A program made the position numbers and the translations under genes. Below the pieces are notes generated by a model. It ran no database searches and was not told where the DNA came from. It saw nothing but the letters and a program-made list of their open reading frames with translations. This document shows, in pieces, positions 1-12,039 of a stretch of 64,000 nucleotides of DNA; positions within the stretch are counted from its first letter, which is position 1, and every line of letters begins with the position of its first letter. Source of the DNA: Octopus sinensis (lineage: Eukaryota); the NCBI RefSeq assembly GCF_006345805.1, contig NC_043009.1:48856001-48920000 (forward strand), written 5' to 3'.

Positions 1-222
1 ATATATATATTATACATATATATACATATGTATATATATATATATGTATGTACACATATATATAAACATGTATATATACACATATATATACATGTATATA
101 TACACACATGCAACTATGTATATATACACATACAGATATATATGCATATATACGTATATCTATATCTATCTGTCTGTCTATGTATGTATGCATGCATCTA
201 GCTATCTATCGATGTATCAATA

Positions 223-293
<71 letters not shown>

Positions 294-300
294 ACATATA
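1..300. repeat. (TA)n/(CA)n microsatellite patchwork, representative of dozens of similar tracts in the window
   Basis: Directly visible dinucleotide runs; source of the YIYI/HTHT/VCVC pseudo-ORFs. Confidence 0.98.
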
Positions 301-857
301 ATGTGTGCATATATATAGGGAGAGAGAGTGAGAGAGAGAGGGGGGAAGAGTGAAATAAAGTAATAGATAGATAGAATGATAGATAGATAGAAGCGCACAT
401 GTGAGTGTGTGTCTTGCATTGATTGTAATATAAGGTAACACAAAGGAAGAATAATAATGAAAAGGCAGTGTCACTCTTCCTGAGTCTAGAGGAAAAGCTT
501 CAGGTAGCCTCACGCCTAAGGATCGAACTCAGAACCCGAGCATTTAGAATCCACTATAACCAAGAAGGCTAAATAGTGTTCTTAACTTCGGACTGACTTT
601 AACTCAAAATCTAAAAATCTTTACAAATATGTAAAGCATTCTAAAGAATATATCAATGCATCATCCTCTGTGCATGCGTTTTGCTGTGGTAATGATGCAT
701 ATATACATACATGCATATGTATGTACGTACGTATATATATACATGCATACACACATTCATACATAAATACCTACATATATGCAAAATGTATTAAAAGTAA
801 TGCTTTACCAATTCGTAATAGTCCCCGTTCTTATTATGATGATATATATATGTATAT

Positions 858-894
<37 letters not shown>

Positions 895-1805
895 GTATTA
901 TTTATTTATTTATTTACTTAGGTATTTATTGTTAAAGAGACAAGGTTAACATGTTCTCCAATGAAAGATGTTCTCAATGTCTCCGTCTTCCGAATCAGTG
1001 GAGGTTTTAGTGATCGGGGCGTAGGTCGTACGTGGGTGATATTTAGCCAAGGAACGTTTGGGAGGAATGAATAACCGAGTTAGTAACATAACCAAACGGA
1101 TGAGAGGCTAATTTGTCATCAGTGGATTCGAACTCGGGACTTGAAGCACGACCAAGTACAATAAAGTGTTCTTGGCTGACGCTCTAACGATGTTACTGAT
1201 CTATCGTTCCTCAGCTAATATCTAAAACAGGCATAATACCTCAAATTTGGAGGAGGAGAACAATCGATTACATTGATCTGGTACTTAATTCCACTTCATT
1301 CCATCGATCTTCGGAAGACTGAAACGCAAAGACGATTACTACCAGAATTGAACGCAGAAGCACAAAGATCCGTAATTTGAAGGGGCGAACCCATTTGTAT
1401 CCAACCGTCCAAGCAATGAGTCCATAACTATATTAGGCGGCAATAAGGAAAAGTATGAAAGATAATATGGAACAGCGACAAAAAAATAAAGAAAACACGA
1501 TGCTGTCACACTTATATAATTCATCGGCAAAACGTAAGAATTATAAAAATATAACCACATTTATAACAAGTGCAACAACATGTACAACGGCAGCTAGAGT
1601 AGAGGGAGTAGTCTGTCATATTTGGCAGTGCCAATGGAATAAAGCAATGGAAGGAAGTCTTTGACAAGCTTCATGTCGTTTCAAGTTTTTCCTTTCATTC
1701 TCAAGACAGTTTATTTGCTTTTCAAGGATTTCCTAATTGATAGTTTTCATTTTAATCAAGTTACTTAAATAATTCTTTGATATATATATACATAATATAA
1801 TATAT

Positions 1806-1866
<61 letters not shown>

Positions 1867-2009
1867 ATACATATAATATATTATATATATATATATATAC
1901 ATATTATATATATATATGTGTGTGTGTATGTGTGTGTGTGCGTGTGTGTGTGTGTGCGTGTGTGTGTGTGTATGAGTGTGTTTGAGTGCATGCCTGTTAG
2001 CATATACAT

Positions 2010-2055
<46 letters not shown>

Positions 2056-2309
2056 GTGTATGTATACATACACTTACTAACAACCATGCGCTCACACGCA
2101 CTCACATACACACATACACTCGCATACACACATATTCATTTACACGTGTGTGCGTATAGGTGCGTAGGTAAATGGTAAATGAGTCAGCGCTGGCATCTGA
2201 TCTGTTTACACACGATCTGGTGAATCTAGGGATCTGAGTAATGATCGTGTGAATCATTACATACTTACCTACACATATACACGTCTAATGACGTATTGAA
2301 TCTACACTC

Positions 2310-2389
<80 letters not shown>

Positions 2390-2430
2390 TATATAATATA
2401 TATATATATACACATATATATATGATGCTT

Positions 2431-2558
2431 AGGCGTTGCTGCGTGGTAAGAAGCTTGCTTCCCAACGACATGGTTCCAGGTTTAGTATCACTGCGTGGTA
2501 CCTTGGGTAAGTGTCTTCTACTATAGCCTCGGATCGCCCAACTCTTGTGAGTGGAATT
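2431..2558 (+). mobile_element. SINE family A, 5' head fragment
   Basis: Matches the head of the full copies at 6670 and 46724 (gtggtaag...atggttcc...ccttgggtaagtgtcttctactatagcctcgg). Confidence 0.8.
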
Positions 2559-2574
2559 ATGTATATGTATATAC

Positions 2575-3673
2575 ATATACTCTGAAAAATTGGCAAGTCT
2601 CATAAGTGATGGTAGCTACAGCAAAGTAAAGAAAAACTCAACTCTGAAAACAGAGAGGAAGTTGTCACAGATCTTGATCAAGAACAAGGATCACTTTATA
2701 TCAATGAAGCACAGACAACTGACTCAGCACTATATTAAACTACCACACATGTACGGTCTCCATAAGATTCATAAGGATGGTATTCCAGACCTATAGTGAG
2801 CTGTAGAAGTTTATTATGTCATCCACTAAGCTGCTTCATTGTGGATATAATCAATCCATTAGCAGGATGGTCAACATCGTACGTGAAGAATTCCATCCAC
2901 TTCACAGAATTGATCAAGGATGCCCCTATTGGGTCCAACCAGATGGTGAATCTAGATGTGATGTCTGTTCACTAAAGTCCCAACTGATGAAGCACTATCA
3001 GTTTATTCAAGAAAAATTAATGATAGACACCCATCTAAAAGAACGTACTAGTATACCAATAAGAAACTTGATGGAAATGATGACCTTCAGTGAAGAAAAT
3101 ACCTACTTCAGAATGGAGACTGATATATATCGACATATGAAGGTTTAGCTATGGGCTCGCCATTATCACCGATAATAGCCAATATATACATGGAATACTT
3201 TCAGAATTTGGCTTTAGGATCAACACCACTAAAACCAACTTTATTGCTGCCATATATTGATGACACCTTTATACTCTGTCTCCACCAGGAATATGTCCCA
3301 GTATTGTTAGATCATGTGAACTCAATAAAGCCATCCATACAGTTCACAATGGAAAAGGAAAAAGACAATCAGCTAGCATTCTTGGACGTATCAATATTAC
3401 GCACCAATTATGAATTCAGGAATCCATATACAGAAAGCTGACCTTCACTGGACGATACCTCAGCTTCAATTCCCACCATCCATACAGTGTAAAGAGAGAG
3501 ATTGCTCAGTGCCTAAAACATCGAGTAAAGAATATAAGTAGCGATCCTGATACACACCACGAAGAAATGATCAATCTAAGTAACAATCTATTAAGCAACA
3601 AATACCTCAAAAGCTTACTATCCACTCCAATTATGAAGAAAAGAGAGGATGAAAACCCATAAACTGACCACAG
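2575..3673 (+). mobile_element. Penelope-like element reverse transcriptase, frameshifted and 3'-truncated (no GIY-YIG part)
   Basis: Successive ORF pieces give YGLHKIHK, MGSPLSPIIANIYME, YIDDTF and FTMEKEKDNQLAFLDVSI, which are PLE-type RT motifs; frameshifts between the pieces. Confidence 0.9.
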
Positions 3674-3746
3674 GGTAGACAGACTGTGGTCAGTTTTGGG
3701 GTTTTCATCCTCTCTTTTTTTTTCATAATTGGAGTGGATAGTAAGC
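3613..3746. repeat. Fold-back inverted duplication at the PLE truncation point
   Basis: Arms 3613-3673 and 3684-3746 are near-perfect reverse complements; 10-nt loop ggtagacaga. Confidence 0.92.
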
Positions 3747-3935
3747 ATATACATTTTCTATAAAATTTAGAGCTAGCAATGCAAGTTACAACATTTCGTA
3801 AACGAATACATCTATTTAGACAATGCCATCGAAGATAGTAAGTATAGTCAATGGTTGTGTATGCGTATTTCAATCGGTATTATTCTTTCGTATTATTCTT
3901 TCGGTATTGAATGTGGGCTTGGATGTTGGGTTGTT

Positions 3936-3986
3936 TGTGGCGCTGATGACACAGCAATAAATCTTGAAATATGCATATACTCCCAT
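3936..3986 (+). ncRNA. Degenerate hammerhead-like motif
   Basis: CTGATGA (3943-3949) ... GAAA (3966-3969), palindromic stem III ATATGCATAT, then A; stems I and II poorly paired. Confidence 0.3.
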
Positions 3987-5046
3987 TACCAGTTTTTTTT
4001 TTGTTTGATAACGTTTACAAAACGTCGTAACTTACACTGCAAGCTCTGCATTCTATGGAACGTCTATAGAGATAAACTTAGAAAAGAGAATATCGCACTG
4101 CTAACACAATTTAAGACACTGTATTGACTTGTAGATGTGTAGTATACTTCGTAGGGTATTATTATAATTGCAAACGAAATACGGTGTTCTTGGTAGCAAT
4201 TAATACGGACACAGCAATGCTTCAATGTATATGTATATCTGATAGTATTTCATTTGTATCTCCGCGTATATGTGTTTAGTAATATAGGTCAAAACTTTAA
4301 ACATGTAAGAAATAAAATAACATAGAACTATACTACTACAGAACGACCGATCGTGGTAATAAATTTAAAAGTGTTCAATGATGAAATCTGTGTTTTGTAG
4401 CAGGGAAGTGAAACGGTGAGTTGGGGGTGGGGGTGCGATATGTATCTCTCTTGAAGTTGCTGTCTGTCAGTAGTGCCTGATGGGATAGAACTGCGGACGT
4501 TATTTGTGTTGTTGTTGTTGTTGTTGTTATATTTTTTAAGTGAGTATTTTATGTGAAAGTGAGTTGATGATAACTCAAGTTGTAGTGACATTTGTGATGG
4601 GAATTGGTCTTGAGATTTTAGTGAGACTATTCTTACACGTATCCCCCCCCCTCTCTCTCTCTCCCTCTCTCTCACTCACACACACACACACTTTCTCAGA
4701 CACACAAACAAACACACATACACACACCTATATCATAGGTATCAGGTGCACGCTATGACATATATATATAATATGTGTGTGTGTGTGTGTGTGTGTATAC
4801 ATACAAACATATACATATATACGTATTACGGTACGTATATAGATATATGTGTACCTATATATGCATATATACATACGTATAATATATATGTAAGCACACA
4901 TGTCCTGTTTCGTTGCATGTTTGTTAAGCCTACTTATGGATGTATAGACTATATGTGTGTATATTTTGTGTGTGTGTGTGTGTGTGTGTGTTTGTGCATG
5001 TATAAAAATAAATAAATATATATATATATGTATGTATATTTATATG

Positions 5047-5080
<34 letters not shown>

Positions 5081-5511
5081 TAGGCATGTCCTGATATTAT
5101 GTATCTATACACGCAAACCCATGTTAGGTCTTGCCGATATATTGGTAACACGCATGGACACACGTACAAACACATATAACATGCATGAATATGTATACAT
5201 ACTTTCATACATAGCCATATCTATCTGTATCTGTGTATACACACATGTATAGATACATAAGTGTGTATATCTGGTAGTGTCTGAGTGTATTTCTCCTTAA
5301 ATTATTCAAGATTTACTATTTTTTAAATCAATTTCATATCCGATATGCCGTATACGGAAATAAAAACCATAAATAACACATATGAACTACTCTAAATCTT
5401 GAAGTTTGAATATATCTAACTTTTTTATTTTAGTATTTATTTAGTTCTCTATCCGAACACACACACAGCTATATGCATATATATACACATATATAATACG
5501 TACATATATAC

Positions 5512-5573
<62 letters not shown>

Positions 5574-5599
5574 ATATATAATATATATATATATATTAT

Positions 5600-6080
5600 A
5601 TGTAAAGTATAGAAGCCATCTTATCATGGCTAACCACATTGGGGAGGGGGGTTACTGTAGCTTTATAGCCCCAAGAGATCTTCGTCTCAAGCTGGCTTTA
5701 GACACAATATCTGTGTCCTTGGAGTATTTGCAAAGGGAGGCCATCCCTTCCTCGCAAGCCTGAGTGATACGCTCGAACTAGTTTCGGGATTGTTGTCCCT
5801 CGTCAACGGGCGGTAACCACCAGGTAGCGATGAAAGAGAAGGCTCCTTTGCAATAGATATAAGTTTTTCTAATGGAGCCTTCTCTTTCATCGCTACCTGG
5901 TGGTTACCGCCCGTTGACGAGGGACAACAATCCCGAAACTAGTTCGAGCGTATCACTCGAGAACACAGATATTGTGTCTAAAGCCAGCTTGAGACGAAGA
6001 TCTCATGGGGCTATAAAGCTACAGTAACACCCCCTCTCCAATGTGGTTAGCCATGATAAGATGGCTTCTATACTTTACAT
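5600..6080. mobile_element. ~480-bp foldback palindrome (MITE-like)
   Basis: Left arm 5600-5846, right arm 5874-6080, 27-nt loop; inner 85 bp perfectly complementary; ~40-nt extra segment in the left arm; TAT on both flanks (possible TSD, confounded by the adjacent TA run). Confidence 0.85.
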
Positions 6081-6148
6081 TATCGAGCGATTACTGTTTC
6101 AATCTCATTCTGAGATTTAATTATGCCTATATATATATATATATATGT

Positions 6149-6615
6149 GTGTGGCATGTATGTATAATAATGCCCTCTATATATAAATTAATATGTTCAA
6201 TAAGAAAGAATTATTTTCGAAATTTTTTCTTTTATGAGGTTTTTCACGCTATCTACCCGATAATTTCTTGTCCTTAATTGCTAAATTTTTATTCCGAAAA
6301 AACTTGTCCTTTCCCGAAATGCAATTCGTAAAAGTCTGCCATTTACCGGATGCAATATATGTAAACCAACCCATGTGGTTCGTTGAAGTCGGTCAGTTAG
6401 CTGCTCGGCTTGGACGAGGTGGGTTCGTTTATTTATGATACATCCATACTTGCTGATGAATACAGAGGTATGAAATCACAGGTGATACAAGTCCATATTT
6501 TTAAATGTCTTACTTTGAAAAATTGCATTCGGTTTGGATTAGTAAAATTTTTGGTAGAAATGACTAATTTTGTCCCTCTTAGCGTGTGGCATGTATGTAT
6601 ATTAATGCCCTCTAT

Positions 6616-6623
<8 letters not shown>
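6149..6623 (+). mobile_element. Retrozyme-like / PLE-derived non-autonomous unit (435-nt period) containing a hammerhead
   Basis: ~40-nt direct repeat gtgtggcatgtatgtata(a/t)taatgccctctatat at 6149 and 6584; internal HHR and a ~60-nt hairpin; no coding capacity. Confidence 0.6.
6448..6492 (+). ncRNA. Type I hammerhead ribozyme, canonical core
   Basis: ACTTG-CTGATGA-ATAC(agag)GTAT-GAAA-TCA(cagg)TGA-TA^-CAAGT: all three stems pair and the core is intact; predicted cleavage after A6487 (AUA). Confidence 0.82.
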
Positions 6624-6646
<23 letters not shown>

Positions 6647-6669
6647 ACTATATATATATATATATATAT

Positions 6670-7078
6670 AGGCACAGGAGTGTCTGTGTGGTATGTAGCT
6701 TGCTTACCAACCACATGGTTCCGGGTTCATTCCCACTACGTGGTACCTTGGGCAGGTGTCTTCTACTATAGCCTCGGGCCGACCAAAGACTTGTGAGTGG
6801 ATTTGGTAGATGGAAGCTGAAACAAGTCTGTCGTATATATGTATATATATATATGTATGTGTGTGTATGTTTGTGTGTCTGTGTTTCCCCCCCCAACATC
6901 GCTTGTTAACCGATGGTGGTGTGTTTACGTCCTCGTAACTTAGCGGTTCGGCAAAAGGACCCGATAGAATAAGTACTAGGCTTCTAAGGAATAGGTCTTG
7001 GGATCGATTTACTCGGCTAAAGGCGGTGCTCCAGCATGGCCGCAGTCAAATGACAAACAAATAAAAGAGTAAAAGAGT
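6670..7078 (+). mobile_element. SINE family A, full length (tRNA-like head, internal microsatellite, LINE-derived tail)
   Basis: Head ggagtgtctgtgtggta...ggttccgggttca; tail ggcggtgctccagcatggccgcagtcaaatga...(aaaagagt)n; many similar copies in the window. Confidence 0.92.
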
Positions 7079-7760
7079 ATATGATGTATATATATATATA
7101 TATATATATTCATTATATATGATATATATAATATATTATGCATATATACATACATATATGCATACATATACATAGATGCTCACACACGCGCATATATACG
7201 TATACACATATCTGTCTCCCTCTTTCTCCTCATATATCTGTACATATGTGTGTTTGTGCATGTGTGTGCGCGTGTGCCAGTGTGTACGTGTCTATATGTA
7301 TCTATGTATTTATTTCTATGGTGTATGCGTATTGTGCAGTGATGAGAATGGAGTATTTCTCTCAACTGAGTTTCTGCTCGTTGTATGAACACATAAATGG
7401 CTGACAACTCCCCTGGCACGTATCCCCGTAACATTACGATTCAGTCAGACTGCATTTTATTTTATACATTGTGTGACAATTTTTTCAGGTTATTGATGGA
7501 ACTTAATGTAGAGTTTCATTATAAGGCTAGAAGAAATATTGCCGGATATTCCAGTCTTCAGAGTACTTGCAGTTCCTTCGCTCTATCGAACAAGATTCCA
7601 AGATTGGTACTCACTAAGAAATGAAAATTTGACCATAGCGAAATTTGTGCCGAAATCGGAAGCCTTCGGAACCAAATGGCAATCGATCTGATTCTGCAAG
7701 AGTAGTGCCAATTCACTGCGTGCGCGCACACGCACATACACACACGCACACACACACACA

Positions 7761-7791
<31 letters not shown>

Positions 7792-8667
7792 CAAAACGTA
7801 TGTATGTACATATGCATGTATGTATGTCATTATTCAGTTTTATTTCAATATTTCTTGCCAACAGAGAAAGAGCCGGTTTCTAACCTAGATCTAAGGCTCC
7901 TTCATTGGATTTTCAACAACATTAACAAGGTATATTTTGTATGTATATATATATGTGTGGATTGTATGTTTTGTTTTATGTATGTTTTCTCATGCAAATA
8001 GTTGCATATCTAGACACACACGTATATATCCTTAAATGCTAAACTCCTGAAAAGTGTTACAGATCTTTTCAGTTCCAGTGACGGATTGGATTTGAATGAG
8101 CTTTCTGGTTTTGAGAAGCCTAATTTCTCAAGATTGCTATTTAGTACGTATATATGTGCGTACATATATATACACACATATATATATATATGCGTATATA
8201 TATTAGGGTATATATATAAATATATGTATGTATTTATGTATGTATGTATGTATGTATGTATGTATGTATGTATGTATGTATGTATGTATGTATGTGTGTG
8301 TATGTATATAAATGCAACTCACAAGGTACGCCGAAAGGCACTACGGCTAAATATAGTTTATGGGTGTGGTTGACCGGATCTACATTGAACTCCTACCTCT
8401 AACTTTGCCAGACGATTCATATAACCTCAGATAGACTTGTGTGCGTAGGTTGCTCGCCATGCATATAAGAGGAATACTCAAACGTAATTAGTTCCTCATT
8501 AATGTTATATATAATGTACACGTGTTTCTTACGATCAGTAAACCTGGCTGATGTGTGGCTAAACTTAGTTATATTGCCTCATTTATCAACATTACTGGTG
8601 CCGATGTGTGTGTGTATTTGTGCATTCGCGTGTGTATTGCATGTATGTACATATGTGTGTGTATGTA

Positions 8668-8708
<41 letters not shown>

Positions 8709-9040
8709 CAAATCATCAGTGTTTTCGGATTTATCGAATCAGCGCGTCGGCGGCAATGCCTCTATGTGATTATTGCCATACTGGAAACAACAACCGAGTC
8801 TTGGTTAAATCACAGCTACCCGATGTAAAGAAAAGAAAGCCATAGCGATACCGTGTTGTCTTATCCCCTAAAATACGGAATGGTCACGGCCGGAACACCT
8901 TTTATCATAGAATTTCCCCGTTCAGTGCTGACATGGCGCTAAAAATACAGCAGTACTAACATCGATGACTACAGCAGCATCAGTTGTCGATGAGTTCACT
9001 CTCACAACCACATCGAAGGGTATTCTATAGAATATGTATC

Positions 9041-9360
9041 TTTCTTTTTTATCTCTTCTTTTCTCGCCCTTTTAAAGCCTAGCCAGGCTCATGGTCCTGG
9101 TTTCCCGGTTTCTGTGGCGTATGTGTTCCCCCCAGCTGGACGGAACGCCAGTCCATCGCAGCGTTACTCAAGAAGCAGGAAGAGAGAGTGAGTGTGGCGA
9201 AAGAGTACAACAGGAGACGCCACCACCCCCTGTCGGAGACTCGTGGAGCATTTAGGTGTTTTCGCTCAATAAACACACACAACGCCCGGTCTGAGAATCG
9301 AAACCGAGATCCTCCGACCGCGAGTCCGCAGCTCTAACCACTGGGCCATTGAGCCTCCAC
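9041..9360 (-). mobile_element. SINE family C (tRNA-derived head), full length
   Basis: Minus strand begins gtggaggctcaatggcccagtggttagagc...ggtttcgattc; 13-bp TSD tagaatatgtatc at 9028-9040 and 9361-9373. Confidence 0.92.
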
Positions 9361-10399
9361 TAGAATATGTATCGGGGAAAATATAAATGAGAACTTCTAG
9401 AGTGCAGGGAACATTTCTCCTCTAAAAAATATCAGAATAATTTCCATCAGGGAGTGGAGACTTCTACGCGTATTCGTATTACTAAATATTGGAACATAGC
9501 CAAGAATTTTCAGAGAAAGGCGATTGTCTATTACATTTGCACCGTTGTCGGATATGATCTATGTTCGAGCGAATCTTTGATACCACTGAAGAATACGCTG
9601 AACTGTATTGCAATTCTATAAATTATAATCTATTGCATTCGCATTAGTATGTATGACATGGTTACTTTCTCATTATGTAACCTGGCGGGCAAAATGCGTA
9701 GAGGCAATTCTTCTAGTCTTTTACTTTTAGTGTTCAAATTTCCTTATTATTGACTGTACTTTTCATCATTCCGTGGTGGATAAAATAAGAACCATTTGAG
9801 CAATGGAGTCGATGTATCGGCATATACTGGACTTGTGCCAAACTTTGGAGCGATTATCACTCGTATTCCTGTTACTAGCAAGTCTGCGAGATGGAAGAGT
9901 TGTTAGAGCGTTGACCAGAAAGCTTTGCGATTTCACGTCTAACGTTTTCGTTCTAATTTCAAATCCTTCCCAGGTCAACGTTTCCTTTCATCAAACCGAG
10001 CTCTATAGTCAAGCATAGCGATCAATATAATCGACTCACACCACCCACCTAGAATTGCTGCCCTTAAGGGCAAATTTTGAAACCATTATAAATTTACTTT
10101 ACAAGACCATGAGGGAACCTCTACAGGGCTGGAAGTTTCAACCAAATTTCGTCTTATTACAAAATGTTTTTTCTTAAAAACAAACAAAAACAAAAAATTG
10201 GTAAGAGGAAGGATTATTTAGGGGATATATTTTAGACATACTATACCTGAACAAATGTTGGGACGGTCATGGTGACACTGTGTTTGATCATAGATCTGTT
10301 CCATGAAGGCTTATTGGTGGGGTTAGAGCACAACAAAAACACGTTCATATTGAAGAAAGGGAAAGCAAATTTTATCCCATTTCTGATTCGAAATCAATA

Positions 10400-10790
10400 C
10401 ACAAAGGTATAAGACCAATCTCTGATAGTTTCGTCATCTTTCCTTCCTTCCTGACTCTCCGTGGACTTTCAGAAAAAAAGAAAAAATTAAAATATTACTT
10501 CACAATTCTAATTCTATTTCTCTTATTTTCTTTTTTCCGAAGATGTCTTTTGATAACTAAATTCCATTCCACTGACTATCATGTTGTTTCCGGAAGAAAA
10601 GAATTTCCATCTCTTTTACCAATTTTGTTACGAAATTCTTGCCAAATTTCTGCGAAACTTTTAAATTGTTCTGACAAGCGATGAGTTGGTGCTTTGCCAT
10701 TTCATCCGTCAATAGTCAAGGGACAAGTCTTGGAGAAATAGTTTCCTTCAGTCTAGATTTGGCTTCAAACCATCTGAGTCACTACGAACA
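10400..10790 (-). pseudogene. Heavily decayed mariner-type transposase remnant
   Basis: Minus strand reads SPRLVP*LLTDEMAKHQLIACQNNL and then FVTKLV...PET...QW, resembling the mariner WVP..LT region and the region after the first catalytic D; several stops and frameshifts. Confidence 0.4.
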
Positions 10791-11900
10791 CGTATTTATA
10801 CACAACTGTCTTTCGTTCACACACAACTCACACTTAATATATCATCGCTAATACTTACATACACATGATTATACATATATATACATACATAAACATACAC
10901 ACACACACACACAAACATATAATTATGTAATGCCTACACATGCATTTATGTATATATATATATATATATATATATGTATGAATGTGTGTGTATATATTTA
11001 TATATATATATAATGTATGTATTTATGTGCGCGCGCGTGTATAAGCATACATATACATATATACCTATGCATACACAGACGCATATATATATGCATATAT
11101 ATACATACACACATATATACATATATATATATACATATATATACATACACACATATATACATATATACATATACATATATATACATGTATATATATACAT
11201 ACATATCTATATATGTTACTATGTACATATATATGTGTAAACACAAAAATACACATGCACATAACTATGCATGCACACTCGTACATACACGCATGTATAT
11301 ATATATATATCTATATATATATATATTATATATATATATATATACATATATTTATACATATATATCATATATATATACATATATTATATATATACATATA
11401 TATAATATAATATATATAATATACGTATTTTATTTATTGCTAAATGCATATCTGTATACATACACACATATACTCATATACACAAACACACACATAAACA
11501 CATAATCATTCTCAACAACTCGGTCTTGTGTACGACAATATTCCTGGATTTAAAATGCTGAAAGCGATGGTTATTTTCTCTGATAAATTTGTTAATAATA
11601 CCATAGAATTGCCAAAGGTAGGTCCATTCATGTTTGCTAATCAGGATGTGACTGGCATTCCTGGTTACAAAGGGATGGAATCAAATTCAATCTTCGCCGC
11701 AATAAATTTTCCTGTATTCTACAAAATACAAAAAGTCTATGATATAAAAACGGTTCTGTGGAATCCCAGACATTAATTTTTGCTCTCAAAAGTCTCACAT
11801 CTACTTTGTATGGGAACATCGCAGGTTAATCATATACCCATCATATACACACACCTCTGAGTGTGTGTGTCCGTATATATATATGTATATGTATATAATA

Positions 11901-11962
<62 letters not shown>

Positions 11963-11967
11963 CTATA

Positions 11968-12003
<36 letters not shown>

Positions 12004-12039
12004 TGGACGTATCATCGATATGCCTTTCAATTCATTCGC

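Noticed and set aside
7520-7570. Minus-strand CTGAAGA-CTGG(aatat)CCGG
   Set aside because: No GAAA after the stem; core incomplete.
9280-9360. tRNA-like A/B box sequences (also 16600-16677, 19930-19990 and SINE heads)
   Set aside because: They continue into SINE bodies with TSDs and lack a complete cloverleaf/acceptor stem, so they are SINE heads rather than tRNA genes.
9580-9625. CTGAAGA-ATAC...GTAT hairpin resembling an HHR
   Set aside because: Followed by TGCAA rather than GAAA, and no stem I or III.
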